The notes under the pieces are model-generated. The model saw only the letters and a program-made list of their open reading frames with translations. It made no database searches and had not been told where the DNA came from. A program made the position numbers and the translations under genes. 64,000 nt of DNA from an uncultured Chloroflexia bacterium. Its GTDB lineage: Bacteria; Chloroflexota; Chloroflexia; Thermomicrobiales; Thermomicrobiaceae. Where the stretch lies: the NCBI GenBank assembly GCA_963822235.1, contig CAWGGU010000008.1, positions 411,364 through 475,363 of the forward strand, read 5' to 3'. The first letter of the stretch is position 1. Every line of letters starts with the position of its first letter. Shown piece after piece: positions 8,448-19,402 of the stretch.

Positions 8448-8954
8448 CTACGGCGTCAGATCCAGCACGTTCAGCGGTGGCCCGAGCAGTTCCATGCCAT
8501 GGGCGTGCCACAGCTCCGGCGTCTGTGGGGGCATGGCGTTAGTCTTGTTCACCTCTCGGAAGAAGGCTTCCATATCGCCCGCCGGGAGGAAGGAAATCAG
8601 AATGCGGCCGACCTGGTTGCCTGTGTATGCCCAGGCGTGCGGAACCCGTCGTGGTGCCAGAATTGAATCGCCGGGTGTCAATCGAAACCGGTCCGTTCCG
8701 ACTTCGATGAGGAACTCACCCTCGAGCGCGTAGAACCATTCGTCCTGCTCGTAATGTAGGTGGCGGGGAGGTCCACCGGGCGTGGTAAATGTGTTCTCGA
8801 TGACCAGTGTGCCCATGATGTCGCGAGGCGTTACCTTGAAGGTGATGACGCTGATCCCAACTCCGTGATGCTCGCCGAAGCGATCCTGGCCTGCGGCGAC
8901 CATGATTGGCGCTGGTCCATCGAGGTTTGGGTGTGATTCAACCACCGGTATCAC
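8448..8954 (-). CDS. cupin domain protein
   Basis: Has PPRHLHYEQDEWFYALEGEF...PRRVPHAW, the two-motif cupin signature. GTG start. Confidence 0.7.
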   Translation of the reverse strand: MIPVVESHPNLDGPAPIMVAAGQDRFGEHHGVGISVITFKVTPRDIMGTLVIENTFTTPGGPPRHLHYEQDEWFYALEGEFLIEVGTDRFRLTPGDSILAPRRVPHAWAYTGNQVGRILISFLPAGDMEAFFREVNKTNAMPPQTPELWHAHGMELLGPPLNVLDLTP

Positions 8955-9169
8955 CTCTTTCCGCTCTCACTCAACTCCCGTCAGACGAACATGTTGGCCC
9001 GCTCGAGCACACCGGACAGTCCGAGGCGTTTGCTGGAGCGGCATTCATTATCGCATGAGTTTTCTGGAGTCAGCGGAGATTGAAGCTGTGGTGGCCAAAA
9101 CATTGTTGGGAAACGGTGGCCCGCCCCTAGATTCCAGAGCGGGCCGCGAGTTGATCCTTACGTACGGGG

Positions 9170-9643
9170 CTAGCTGTTCGTCGCTCCAGGGCGCTCATCG
9201 ATCTCGCCGCGCCAGGCACCCGTTTCGGAGCCGCGGCTCTCGATGAACTCCTTGAACTGGTCGAGACTCTTCTGTAGCTGCCGGTCCATGAAGCCAGCCA
9301 TGTCGCCGACCTTCTCGGTCATGCCCTGTGGCTCGTAGCTCATCTGGAGCGTGACCCGTGTCCGAGTGTCGTCCAAATGGTGGAACGTGACGACTCCGGC
9401 GTTCTCTTCACCGGTCGTGGCACGCCACGCGATGCGCTTGTCCGGCATCTGTTCGGTGATCTCAGCGGTCCATTCTTGCTGCTTGCCGCCGACTTTCGCC
9501 GTCCACTTGAGATGCTTGTCGTCGAGCTGATGGACCTCTTCGACGCCCTCCATGAACTTCGGAAAGTCCTCGAACTGCGTCCACTGGTTGTATGCAATTC
9601 GGACTGGAACTCGTACGTCGATCGTCTTGGTTGTCGTACCCAT
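9170..9643 (-). CDS. SRPBCC (cyclase/dehydrase, START-like) family protein
   Basis: Starts MGTTTKTIDVRVPVRIAYNQWTQFEDFPKFMEGV..., typical of polyketide_cyc2/SRPBCC proteins. The internal ATG is preferred over the Arg-rich extension. Confidence 0.7.
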   Translation of the reverse strand: MGTTTKTIDVRVPVRIAYNQWTQFEDFPKFMEGVEEVHQLDDKHLKWTAKVGGKQQEWTAEITEQMPDKRIAWRATTGEENAGVVTFHHLDDTRTRVTLQMSYEPQGMTEKVGDMAGFMDRQLQKSLDQFKEFIESRGSETGAWRGEIDERPGATNS

Positions 9644-9914
9644 TTCGACGTGTCCTTTCTGTATTCGCCATCGTATTTGGCCGCGTCGAAGTCGTGCCAA
9701 CCATCATGCAAGAACGGGACCAACCGGCTCTTAGGTTCCGTCTGACGAATGAGTTTGGTAGGGCGTTGTTTTGCTGGTTAGCCCATTCGAATGCGGATTC
9801 TTGGGGGTTCACGTAGTGGCCTTTGAGAGCGAGGGCGGGGCGATGACGAGCATCGCCCCGCAAGCTACGAACGGCTTCGCGATGATGGAGGCGCGAACTC
9901 TTCACAGAGGTGCG

Positions 9915-10475
9915 TCAGGCGCGCGTGCTCCCGTCGTTCTGGCGCCGGTTGAGGCTCCAGAAGACGATCAGGCTTCCACCTACCACCAGGGACAAGCCGC
10001 CCAACAACATACCCGCGTCGTAGTTGGCCAGCCCGTTCAAATCCAGCACCAGTTCGAAGAAGACGAACCCGGCAGCGAACAGCGCCGCGCCAATCTCCAT
10101 CAGGTGAGCGCCGTCGGTCAGCTGTCTTTGGTCACGTTCGAGCAGTCCGATGAGCCAGATTCCAATGCCGACCGAGGCTGGCGCCACCAGCGCCCAGGCG
10201 TAAGACCAGCTCGAATAGACGTCGAACGTCTGCTGGACCAGCAATATCAACCCCACCATGGTGATCATGCTGCCCGGAATGGCGAGCGGATGGGCATGCT
10301 TGCCGCCGCCTGCCGCCATCATCAGCATCGCCAGGCCCGGAACGATGATGAAGAAGGGCCAGGTGAATGAGATGACGTCGACATCGAACACGCCGGTCAG
10401 TAAGAAGGCACCTACCATGACCAGGAACACCCCGACGATGAGGCGACCCACTCCATTGAACGATGAGGTGTTCAT
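9915..10475 (-). CDS. integral membrane protein, function unknown
   Basis: Six hydrophobic segments. Strong GGAGGGTGAA Shine-Dalgarno before the ATG at 10475. Confidence 0.65.
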   Translation of the reverse strand: MNTSSFNGVGRLIVGVFLVMVGAFLLTGVFDVDVISFTWPFFIIVPGLAMLMMAAGGGKHAHPLAIPGSMITMVGLILLVQQTFDVYSSWSYAWALVAPASVGIGIWLIGLLERDQRQLTDGAHLMEIGAALFAAGFVFFELVLDLNGLANYDAGMLLGGLSLVVGGSLIVFWSLNRRQNDGSTRA

Positions 10476-10626
10476 TTCACCCTCCGAGTCTCCGGCAATC
10501 GGTCGATGCACGTAGTCGACGGGGCCGGAATCCGACCCGTTCGACTCCAGTCTAGTGCCAGATACGCCACAGATTCGCGTAGGGTGTCGCCCGATTGTGT
10601 CAAGAGCGCGACAGCGCGACGTTCTC

Positions 10627-11410
10627 TTATGCGGGGCGGAGCTTCAGGACGATGGAACGCCATGGCGCCTCGGACAAACCGCGCAACAGGTCCGCCTGAT
10701 CGTCATAGCGTCTCGTGAGTAGGCGCGTGTCGAAGGTGAGATCGACGGTTGGCATCGAGAAGGGCCAGGGATCGAGCGTGGTAACGTCCGACTCGTTCGC
10801 GACTGGGCTGAGCGTCAGCGGTCCGTCGCCGGACAGCGAGCGGAACCGAGTCGATCGTCAGTGGTTCGCTCATGCCCCAGCACAGGTTGAGGGAGATGCG
10901 ATCCCAGAGCGCAACGAGACGTTGGTTGCGCCTCACAATTTCTGGCGCGACGAACGCCGCATAGTTCGGATCGCTCGACAGACTTGCGATCAGACTCGCC
11001 TGGAAGGCGTCCTGGTCCTCGAGGAACTTGACGGCCAGCCCACCTGCCGCCTCGGGGTCGCCACGGAAACGGCTGTAGAGATTGGTCCCGTGCATCGAAA
11101 CGAGGAGCGCGGCGTAGCGGCTGGTGAGCAACGCCAGGCTACCCGCCACAGACCATATGCGGCTCAGATGTAACTCTGGCGGAAGCTCAAGAAAACTGTG
11201 TGGACCACCCGTCTCCTGATTGAACGAAGGTTCCGGCTCCCACGTCGTCCAGCCGATGTCGTGCTGCTCAGCCGCCAGGCAGACCGCCTCGTGCGGCTCG
11301 ACCGTCCCAAACTGATCATTTCCCCAGGCGCGAGCCATCTGCCCTGAGACCCAGGCATGCGTCGTCTGGGTGATCGCCAGATTGCCCTCGACTGATTTGC
11401 GCAGCAGCAT
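10627..11410 (-). pseudogene. DUF3891-like protein with one frameshift near 10830-10840
   Basis: The N-terminal 190 aa are in the frame of ORF 10703-11410. After ...TIDSVPL the track frame turns Arg-rich. The +1 frame reads SGDGPLTLSPVANESDVTTLDPWPFSMPTVDLTFDTRLL...LKLRPA*, a typical family C-terminus, ending at TAA 10627-10629. Total length is not a multiple of 3. Confidence 0.6.
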
Positions 11411-11444
11411 GATTCTCCTCCAGCCTCAGTACGACCAGTGCCGG

Positions 11445-12386
11445 TCAGTCGACTTTGCGCACCACTCCATGCGGCAGGATCGCGTGCACGCCGAGCACCC
11501 GATTGACGACCTGCGTCACGTGCAAGTCCACGGCGGCGCTGGCGACTCCAATGGCATCCGAGCGCGACAGGCCGAATTGCTCTCCCATCAGGTCGAGCAT
11601 GCCGTCCAGCGCCATCGCCATGGCCTCGTCCAGATCCTCATCGAACCCGAAGGTGATCCAGCCCGCATCGGTGTCGGCTCGTGGGGCTTTGAGGTGCAGT
11701 TCGGGTCGAAGGGTGAAACGAAGCTCGACTCGATCGATCGGGCATTCGATGCCGGTACCCGACACTTCGCCATCCCCTTGCGCGGCGTGCCCGTCGCCGG
11801 TCGAGAAGAGACCGCCCTCGACGGCAATCGGCAGGAAGAGCGTGCTGCCCGGCAACAACTCTTTGCAGTCGATGTTGCCGCCGGTCACCCGAGGCGGGAC
11901 GGTCGAGTGGATGCCTGCCTCGGCCGGGGGCATTCCCATCACGCCCATGAACGGTGAGATGGGCACCTCGATACCGATCTGGTTGCGTGCCGTTTCGTTG
12001 GCGCGATCGACGGTCCAGACCAATCGCTGCCCGGACTCGGCTAGCCCCAGACGCACGTTGAGCGGACTCGGCCTGCCACCTGCGGCCGTCCAGCCCCACT
12101 CGCCGGGCACGATGTCGATGATGTCGATCTGCAACGTCATTCCGGGCTGAGCACCTCGAATCGCGACGGGCCCGCATATGGCGTGACCATCGTCGCGGCC
12201 GGCTACGCGCGGCTCGAAGCGTCGATGCGTGGCGGGGTCGGCGGTCAGCGGTACCACGTTCCAACCGACGTCGAGCGTGCGAAAGACGACGTGATCTCCG
12301 GATTCGATGGTGAGCACGGGCGGGAAATCGCGCGAGAAGCTTCCGTGGAGCGTACCGTCCTTCGGCTCGATCGTGTGTGTTGCCAA
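11445..12386 (-). CDS. acetamidase/formamidase family amidohydrolase
   Basis: Contains GGNIDCKELLPGSTLFLPIAVEGGLFSTGDGHAAQGDGEVSGTGIE, the FmdA/AmdA signature region. Confidence 0.85.
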   Translation of the reverse strand: MATHTIEPKDGTLHGSFSRDFPPVLTIESGDHVVFRTLDVGWNVVPLTADPATHRRFEPRVAGRDDGHAICGPVAIRGAQPGMTLQIDIIDIVPGEWGWTAAGGRPSPLNVRLGLAESGQRLVWTVDRANETARNQIGIEVPISPFMGVMGMPPAEAGIHSTVPPRVTGGNIDCKELLPGSTLFLPIAVEGGLFSTGDGHAAQGDGEVSGTGIECPIDRVELRFTLRPELHLKAPRADTDAGWITFGFDEDLDEAMAMALDGMLDLMGEQFGLSRSDAIGVASAAVDLHVTQVVNRVLGVHAILPHGVVRKVD

Positions 12387-12581
12387 CTGATCTTCCGCCT
12401 TTCCCGTTCTCGTTCATCGACCGACACATGATAACCGCAACTGCCTCTCGCTCGTCGACGACAGGCGTCGATGATCTGTTGACGCCAGCACTCAATGCGC
12501 CCTAGAGTGACCCGAGCGCCAATGCAACCAACCATCAGTTATTTGACATAAGAGGCGAGTTCGAGACGGGAGTAACGAGGG

Positions 12582-13967
12582 ATGGCCCAAGCAGACATCG
12601 CCATTCGCGGCGGACGCATCGTGACCGGTAGTGCCGAGATGACGGCCGACGTCGCGATTTCGGGTGACACCATCGTGCAGATCGGCGGCGACTTCAGCGC
12701 CTCACGCGAGATAGACGCTAAAGGCATGCTGGTCCTGCCGGGTGCGATCGACGCCCACGTGCATCTGACCCAGTCGGGCCCGCGTGAGGGTAGCAAATAC
12801 CAGTGGGTCGACGACTTCACCACCGGCACCGCCGCGGCCGTGGCCGGCGGCGTGACGACGGTCGGCAACATGACCTTCCTGCGATCGGGCGAGCTACCGC
12901 TTGACGGACTCGAACGGGAGGCGGAGTTGGCCGACCAGCAGGCGATCGCCGACGTCTTTCTGCATCCAGTCTTCGGTGAGACGACACCGGAAGTGCTGGA
13001 GCAGATTCCGCAATTGCTGAAGAGCGGCTGCAACACGATCAAGTACTTCATGTCGATGCCGCGCTTCGACGCCCAGGCCGAGGGCTATCTCGAAGCGACC
13101 AAGCTGGCTGGCGAAAACCAACTCTTGACCATGATCCACTGCGAGGACTATCCGCTTCTGACCGAAGCGACGAACCGACTTGTCAAGGCAGGCAAGCTCT
13201 CATTGAAGCACTATCCGGAGTCGCGTCCAGTCCTCTCCGAGGTCGTGGCGACGCAGAGGGCGGTCGCTTTCGCCGAACTGACCGGCGCGCCGGTCTACGT
13301 CGTGCACCTCTCGTCTCGACGAGCACTCGAGGTCTGCGCCGAGGCGCAATCGCGCGGCGTGCCAGTCTACGTCGAGACGCGTCCTTTCTATCTGCACCTC
13401 ACCCGCGAGCGCTTCGAACAGGCGGACGGACCCAAGTACGTGGGACAGCCACCGCTGCGCGAGCAGCAGGATGTGGATGCGATCTGGGCCGGTCTGAACC
13501 AGGGGACGGTGAATACGGTCTGTACCGACCACGCACCGTGGTCGCTGGAGGCCAAGATGGCGTCAGACCACACCATCGCCAATCTGCGACCGGGTGCCGA
13601 AAATCTTCAGGTCATGCTCCCCATGCTCCACTCAGAGGGTGTGTTGAAGGGTCGCATCTCGCTCAACCGTATGGTCGAGGTCCTCTCGACTAACGAAGCC
13701 AAGCTATTTGGACTCTTCCCGCGCAAAGGGACGGTCGCGGTCGGCAGCGACGCGGACGTCGTCCTGTTCGATCCGAAACTGACGCGAACCATCGACGCGT
13801 CGATGCTGAAGTCGGCCGCCGACCACTCGGTCTACGAGGGTTGGTCGGTGACTGGTTGGCCGCGTCTGACCATGCGCCGTGGCGAGATCGTCTTCGAAGA
13901 CGATCAGGTGGTGGGCGCTGCGGGTTCCGGGAATCTGGTTCGCCGCACCGCGACGCAGCAGCTCTAA
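12582..13967 (+). CDS. cyclic amidohydrolase (D-hydantoinase/dihydropyrimidinase family)
   Basis: Has the DAHVHL metal site, IKYFM (carbamylated-Lys region), VVHLS and CTDHAP motifs. Length is 461 aa. Confidence 0.85.
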   Translation: MAQADIAIRGGRIVTGSAEMTADVAISGDTIVQIGGDFSASREIDAKGMLVLPGAIDAHVHLTQSGPREGSKYQWVDDFTTGTAAAVAGGVTTVGNMTFLRSGELPLDGLEREAELADQQAIADVFLHPVFGETTPEVLEQIPQLLKSGCNTIKYFMSMPRFDAQAEGYLEATKLAGENQLLTMIHCEDYPLLTEATNRLVKAGKLSLKHYPESRPVLSEVVATQRAVAFAELTGAPVYVVHLSSRRALEVCAEAQSRGVPVYVETRPFYLHLTRERFEQADGPKYVGQPPLREQQDVDAIWAGLNQGTVNTVCTDHAPWSLEAKMASDHTIANLRPGAENLQVMLPMLHSEGVLKGRISLNRMVEVLSTNEAKLFGLFPRKGTVAVGSDADVVLFDPKLTRTIDASMLKSAADHSVYEGWSVTGWPRLTMRRGEIVFEDDQVVGAAGSGNLVRRTATQQL

Positions 13968-13995
13968 CGATCGCGATAATCGGGAAGGATCGCTG

Positions 13996-15274
13996 ATGGC
14001 AGCCGAGACCATCTTCACCATGGACACGTCGAGCATCAAATACGGGAAGGGCGCGACGCGCGAGATCGGCTTCGATATGAGCGCGCAGGGATCCAAGCGC
14101 GTGATGGTCGTGACCGACGAGCGCGTGGCGCAGACCGACACCGTGCGTGTGGTGCTCGACTCACTCAAATCCGAGGGGATCGAGGCGGTTCTCTTCGACC
14201 GCGTACGGGTCGAGCCGACCGACATCTCCTTCAAGGAAGCCATCGATTTTGCAGTTCAAGAGAAGATAGACGGCTTCGTCCCGGTTGGTGGCGGCTCGAG
14301 CATGGATACCGCCAAGGCCGCCAACCTCTACAGCACCTATCCGGCCGATTTCCTCACCTACGTCAACGCGCCAATAGGAGGTGGACAGCCGGTACCGGGG
14401 CGCCTTAAGCCGCTCATCGCCATTCCGACTACTGCCGGAACGGGGAGCGAAACGACCGGCGTGGCCATTTTCGACCTGACCGAAATGCACGTGAAGACCG
14501 GCATTGCTCATCGCGCGCTGCGACCGATCCTGGGCATCATCGACCCTGATAACACGCGCACGTTGCCGAAGATGGTGGCGGCCTGCTCCGGTCTCGACGT
14601 CCTGAGCCACGCCATCGAATCCCTCACGGCCATCCCCTACAGCGAGCGGGCCGCGCCCGATCACCCGCGCATGCGCCCCGCCTATCAGGGAGCCAACCCG
14701 ATCAGCGACATCTGGTCGGCCAAGGCGATCGAGATGATGTCCGCGAATCTGACCCGCGCCATGGAAGACCCTGAGGACGAAGAAGCGCGCGGCCAGATGC
14801 TGCTGGCGGCGGCCTTCGCCGGAATTGGCTTCGGCAACGCGGGTGTGCACCTGCCGCACGGCATGTCCTATCCGGTCTCCGGCATGGTGAGCGACTACGT
14901 GCCGGAGGGGTACCCGCGCGATCATCCGATGGTGCCGCACGGCATGTCAGTGATTCTCAACGCACCGGCCGTCTTCCGCTTCACGGCGCAGGCTGACCCG
15001 GAGCGACATCTCTACGCCGCTCAGCCTGCTCGGCGTGGACGTGGCTGATGCTTCGCCGACCGATGCCGGAGAGGTTCTTTCCAACGCGCTGATCGACATC
15101 ATGCGGCGCACGGGCATGCCTAATGGACTTCGAGCGGTCGGTTTCGACGAGGAGGACGTCGATCAATTGGTGGCGGGAACCTTGCCACAACACCGGGTGA
15201 CGAAGCTCTCGCCGCGTCCAGCCAGCGAAACCGATCTTAAGGAGCTCTTCCTGGACGCGATGGCATACTGGTAA
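13996..15274 (+). pseudogene. iron-containing alcohol dehydrogenase (hydroxyacid-oxoacid transhydrogenase-like) with one frameshift near 15024-15027
   Basis: Has GGGSSMDTAKA and LDVLSHAIES motifs. ORF 13879-15048 ends in ...AAQPARRGRG*, while the family C-terminus (LLGVDVADASPTDAGEVL...AMAYW*) continues in ORF 15035-15274. One extra nt lies in a CC run. Confidence 0.75.
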
Positions 15275-15342
15275 CTCAGAAGCGCGCTGAGCGAGGCCTG
15301 TCGCGCTCCGCACCGTTCACAGGCTCAGCCCAAGGAGATCCG

Positions 15343-15797
15343 TTGACGCTCGAATCCCAAGAATCGTTCGTCGTCCGCGCACCACGCGAGGCGGTCTGGA
15401 CGTATACCAGCGACATGCGCAACTGGGCGGCGAACATGCCCGGATATGAGTCGTTCGAGCAGCTGACCGAAAACGACTCACGCTGGACGCTGTCACTCAA
15501 GCTCGGCCCGTTCAAGCGGACGGTGAAGATGCTGGTGCACATAACGGACTGGGATGAGCCGGAGCGGGTGGCGTTCGATCTCAAGAGCGAGACGGACCCG
15601 GTCAATGGCGAGGGCGGCTTCGTGGCCACCGGCGCAGGGCGACGGATGAGACGTCGGTGGAGCTGCGACTGCGCATCGATTCAACCGGCCCAATGGCCGG
15701 GATGATGGAATCGATGGCCAAACCGGTTCTGGCGCGTATGCAGAAGTCGTTCGCCAAATCGATCACCGAAGACATCGAGCGCGGCAAGACTGGATAA
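15343..15797 (+). pseudogene. SRPBCC / CoxG-like protein with one frameshift near 15635-15641
   Basis: TTG start 5 nt after AAGGAG. The N-terminal 97 aa are SRPBCC-like. The track frame then turns Arg/Cys-rich, while another frame reads ATDETSVELRLRIDSTGPMAGMMESMAKPVLARMQKSFAKSITEDIERGKTG*. Confidence 0.6.
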
Positions 15798-15843
15798 CCT
15801 CGCGACAGGAACTCCCGGACGCGATGGTCCCAAGTCTCGTACG

Positions 15844-16545
15844 TCAGGGCGTCGCTGCTGAGCTCAGCGCCTGTTTGACCTTGTCGTCCGCCTTCTTGGC
15901 GACGTCGCTCAAGACCGACGTATCCACTTTGTTGCTCGAGAGGTAGGCGACCGAGACGAGGTAGCTGCCTTGTTGCATGTAGACGACGCCGATGCTTACG
16001 GTGCCTTTGCTCTGGATCGCCTGGATCGCAACCGAGTCCTGCCCGATCTTGCCGAAGTTGAGTGATTCGAGCTTCCAGTCGGATTGAGTTCCCGCGCCAT
16101 CGGACTCCGTCCATGACTTGCAGGAGAAAGCCGCGCTTATTTTCGCCAACACGTCGGAAACAGCACCAAACGTCGCCATGCGGTTGATTTGCTCCGCGAT
16201 GTAAGGTCCGCCAGTTCCTTGCGTCAGGTAGGTCGCGCTCTGGTCCTGCATCGCGTCGCTAATCACCGTGCCCGGTGCGGTCGTAGCGTTGCAGGGGTCG
16301 TTTGGCCCACTCAACGTTGGCCGCGTGGGCACGAACTGCCAACCCGGCAGTTCCTGATCGGTCACGAGCAGCGAAAACAGATCTTGGATCAATGGGCTCG
16401 TCTCAGTAGACGAGGAAACGGCCCGCTGTGTTGAGTTTGAAACGGCGGACGTAGAAACGTCCGTCGACACACTGGTCGGCTGTTTATTCCCCCCGCAAGC
16501 GGCCAGAAGCAGGATCATGGGCAAAAGCACCATTAATCGACGCAT
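15844..16545 (-). CDS. lipoprotein, function unknown
   Basis: MRRLMVLLPMILLLAACGG lipobox at the internal ATG 16545. A Ser/Thr-rich linker is followed by a globular domain. Confidence 0.65.
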   Translation of the reverse strand: MRRLMVLLPMILLLAACGGNKQPTSVSTDVSTSAVSNSTQRAVSSSTETSPLIQDLFSLLVTDQELPGWQFVPTRPTLSGPNDPCNATTAPGTVISDAMQDQSATYLTQGTGGPYIAEQINRMATFGAVSDVLAKISAAFSCKSWTESDGAGTQSDWKLESLNFGKIGQDSVAIQAIQSKGTVSIGVVYMQQGSYLVSVAYLSSNKVDTSVLSDVAKKADDKVKQALSSAATP

Positions 16546-16645
16546 GGCTTGTCCTCTTCGCCTCGATAGATTTGCGTTCCTGTTCCACGATCGCGTGAAT
16601 TTCGCATGCCAGGAACCGCACGTCAAGCCGATGACGTTGCGAACC

Positions 16646-17671
16646 TCAGTCGGCATCCTCCTCATAGGTCGGATAGCGCAGACGCACAGCGCTTCCAGGC
16701 AGGCCGCCGTAGCCGATGTCGCGGATGATCTCCGGTGTGACGGTTTCGCCCGCCATTACGAGCGCCAGGATGAGATCGCCCACGGCACCGCCGGCCCACA
16801 TACGACATGACGCCACATTGATGATGGGAACTTCTCCGACCCGGGCCAGCCAAAACATGCTGCCGCGCGTTGGCGCCCCCATGTGGACCATCTCCGCTCC
16901 AAGTGGCTTCAGCGCCAATTCGATCGGATCGAGTGGGTCGATGGTGACCCCTCCGCCGGTCAACAGGAGATCGGCGCCCTGATCGATCAGTTCGCGAAGG
17001 TTATTTTCGACACTTCCAGCATCCAGAGGTGCATAGCGCAGCCCAACGAGCGTCGACCCATACCAGCGCAGCTTACGCTCGATCGCCGCTTCGAAACGCG
17101 AGCGCATCTCGGCGCCGACGTCGTCGAGGGCCAGCACGCCGACGCGCCGTGAGATGAACGATTGAACGCGCAGCAGAGGCCCGTCGGCGTCGCGGCAGAT
17201 TCGTTCCACTTCAGCGATCTGGGTCTCGGCGATCGCGATCGGGGTGATCTTGACGCTGGCGACGGGCGTCTCAGGAATCACCGGCTGCCAATCGATCATC
17301 GTGTAGACGGTCACGCCGACCACGCGATTGATCTGGTCGAGCAGATTCCGATCGACGCGCAGCAGCCCTTTCTGATCGGCAATCAGGTCGACGCGACTCT
17401 GGTTCGGATCGGCGGCGCGGATTTCGCCTCCGGCGACGGCTTGCGCCACACGCTGTCCAGCCGCATCTTCATGGAGTTCGCCCGCTTCCAATTCCAGCAG
17501 GTGTGCTTCTACTGGGGCAGCGTCAGCGAGCCGATCTAGTGTCGCCGAATCGATCAACGTGCCCTTGGGGACCACTACCTGACCGTCGCGGTTGAGGATG
17601 TCACGCGTTACGGCGCAGCCGAGGTGCGCGGCGCCGATCTCCGAGTTCTGAATCGCGAATGCCCGCGCCAT
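16646..17671 (-). CDS. molybdopterin-binding (MoCF_BD/MoeA-like) domain protein
   Basis: The C-terminal ADLLLTGGGVTIDPLDP... resembles the MogA/MoeA cofactor-binding fold. Start assigned to the ATG at 17671 (MARAFAIQN). Function tentative. Confidence 0.5.
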   Translation of the reverse strand: MARAFAIQNSEIGAAHLGCAVTRDILNRDGQVVVPKGTLIDSATLDRLADAAPVEAHLLELEAGELHEDAAGQRVAQAVAGGEIRAADPNQSRVDLIADQKGLLRVDRNLLDQINRVVGVTVYTMIDWQPVIPETPVASVKITPIAIAETQIAEVERICRDADGPLLRVQSFISRRVGVLALDDVGAEMRSRFEAAIERKLRWYGSTLVGLRYAPLDAGSVENNLRELIDQGADLLLTGGGVTIDPLDPIELALKPLGAEMVHMGAPTRGSMFWLARVGEVPIINVASCRMWAGGAVGDLILALVMAGETVTPEIIRDIGYGGLPGSAVRLRYPTYEEDAD

Positions 17672-17849
17672 CACGCGCTCCTTACCGACGCGAACCACCG
17701 TCTGTCCGACAGCGGACAGCCTAGAGCGGAGCCGATCGCAGGTCAAGATTAGATGTGACAAAGGAGCGGCGGGAGGCGAGATTCGGGAAAGCGAACGGGC
17801 GGAGTCGCCGACTCCGCCCGCCCCGACTGCTGATACGAATCGCTTGATG

Positions 17850-18842
17850 TCAGTCACCAATCGCCGCGCGAATGGCCGCTCCATGTCGTTCGATCTCACC
17901 GATCGCGAGCTGCTTGATGAGGTCGGCTACGGTTGGGCCAGCGCCGTCATGGATCTGCCAGCTGGGTCGCTGCAGCTGCTCGTCGGTCAGCACACGATAG
18001 CTCGTCGCCACGGCCGGGCCAGTCGCCTTGAGCAGCTCGACAACGTCGTCTCTGCTGACATCGGCGAACTCGACCGCATGACGGGCGTTGATCTCGTCAA
18101 GCTTGTTGGTCGGAAGCGGCGCGTGTGGCCGTCCCTGTGCGGCATCCTGGATCACGTTGGCGATGATGCGATGGTTCGAGGCGACGTGATGCGCCTGCAC
18201 GGCGACGGTCCAGCCGGTGTCGGCACAAACCGCTTTCCATTGCTTCTGAGTGCACGACACCAGTGTACCGATGAGCTGCTGGTTGGCGTGCTCGAACTCC
18301 CAGGCCAGCATGCGCGACTGTGAACTGGAGGCTCCATCCTTCTCTGGCTCGGCGCGACTCCCTTCCTCTCCGTGGAAGGTCGCCACCTGGTGTCGTTCAT
18401 GGATGTCGAGCATTTTCTCCATATCCGGCTCCGAACCGGGAGGGAACGCGGCAGCCAGGTCATGCAGGAACTCAAGCAGCTCGGGCGAGAGCGTCATGAG
18501 CATGCGACTCCGCTCCGCGCTGACATTCTCGAAGCGGTGCGGCACGCCGGCTGGTGCATGCACGAGCGATCCGGGTGTGCCGCGGAAGATGGTCACGGCG
18601 TCGGCCGTCCGCTGCGTGAAAAGGAACTCGCCGGAGAGGACATAGAACGTCTCATTGCTCGGGTGCGCGTGGAGTGGCGGTCCTCCGCCCGGCGCCACGC
18701 TTCCACTCAACATGGCGTATTCTCCGCCGGTATCGGCGCTGGTGACCTTCACCCGAAATTCCTCGTCGAAGATGCGCAGGAGTTCGCCTTCATCGGGCAG
18801 AAGGCCGCGACACTCATCGGCCGCCACGGTATTGATCGTCAT
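17850..18842 (-). CDS. cupin - DinB/MDMPI-like fusion protein
   Basis: The N-terminal cupin has GGGPPLHAHPSNETFYVLSGEF...GVPHRFEN. The C-terminal ~160 aa form a helical His-containing DinB_2-like region (VQAHHVASNH). Confidence 0.65.
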   Translation of the reverse strand: MTINTVAADECRGLLPDEGELLRIFDEEFRVKVTSADTGGEYAMLSGSVAPGGGPPLHAHPSNETFYVLSGEFLFTQRTADAVTIFRGTPGSLVHAPAGVPHRFENVSAERSRMLMTLSPELLEFLHDLAAAFPPGSEPDMEKMLDIHERHQVATFHGEEGSRAEPEKDGASSSQSRMLAWEFEHANQQLIGTLVSCTQKQWKAVCADTGWTVAVQAHHVASNHRIIANVIQDAAQGRPHAPLPTNKLDEINARHAVEFADVSRDDVVELLKATGPAVATSYRVLTDEQLQRPSWQIHDGAGPTVADLIKQLAIGEIERHGAAIRAAIGD

Positions 18843-18874
18843 CGGTCACTCCCCTTCGATGGCTACGGACAGGA

Positions 18875-19402
18875 CTACTGCTCGACGGTCATCTCGCGCG
18901 CGGTCTTGCCGGGCGGCGCGAATTCGATTCCGTACTGCGGACCGATCTCTCTCAGCCGGGCCGGATCCGGAGGACCGACACGGCCACCGGGAAGATCCAT
19001 GGTCTCAGCCTGCTTGCCGAGTGATTTGAAGAACCCCTCCATTCCCGCGGGAGAGAAGATGATCAGGATCTCTGCTTCCTCGGACTCCGCCTGAAACGTG
19101 TGCCAGCCGCCCGGCGTCGTCCGCACGAAGTCACCTTCCCGTGCGACGAATTCCTCTTCACCGGCCCAGAAGCGCACCTCCCCGCGCACGATGTAGAAGT
19201 CCTCGGGACCGTGGCGGTGTGGTGCGGGTGGCGCAAATCCCTTGGTGATGTGGGCGTGCTGCAGTGCGTAGCGCCCGCCGGTCATCTCGCTAGTCGCCAG
19301 GAACGAGAAGATGGCGCTGCCGTACCAGATGGAGTTGTCCGTGCCTGGGCGAACCAGATTTGGCCCGGACGTATCGGTTACGTTGCTTGTCGAGACGCTC
19401 AT
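18875..19402 (-). CDS. cupin domain protein
   Basis: Has PAPHRHGPEDFYIVRGEVRF...GGWHTF cupin motifs. Confidence 0.7.
   Translation of the reverse strand: MSVSTSNVTDTSGPNLVRPGTDNSIWYGSAIFSFLATSEMTGGRYALQHAHITKGFAPPAPHRHGPEDFYIVRGEVRFWAGEEEFVAREGDFVRTTPGGWHTFQAESEEAEILIIFSPAGMEGFFKSLGKQAETMDLPGGRVGPPDPARLREIGPQYGIEFAPPGKTAREMTVEQ

Noticed and set aside
11455-12495. Long alternative-frame ORFs (231 aa plus strand, 285 aa minus strand) over the formamidase gene
   Set aside because: The products are Arg/Ser/Pro-rich and low in complexity. The formamidase frame carries the family signature.
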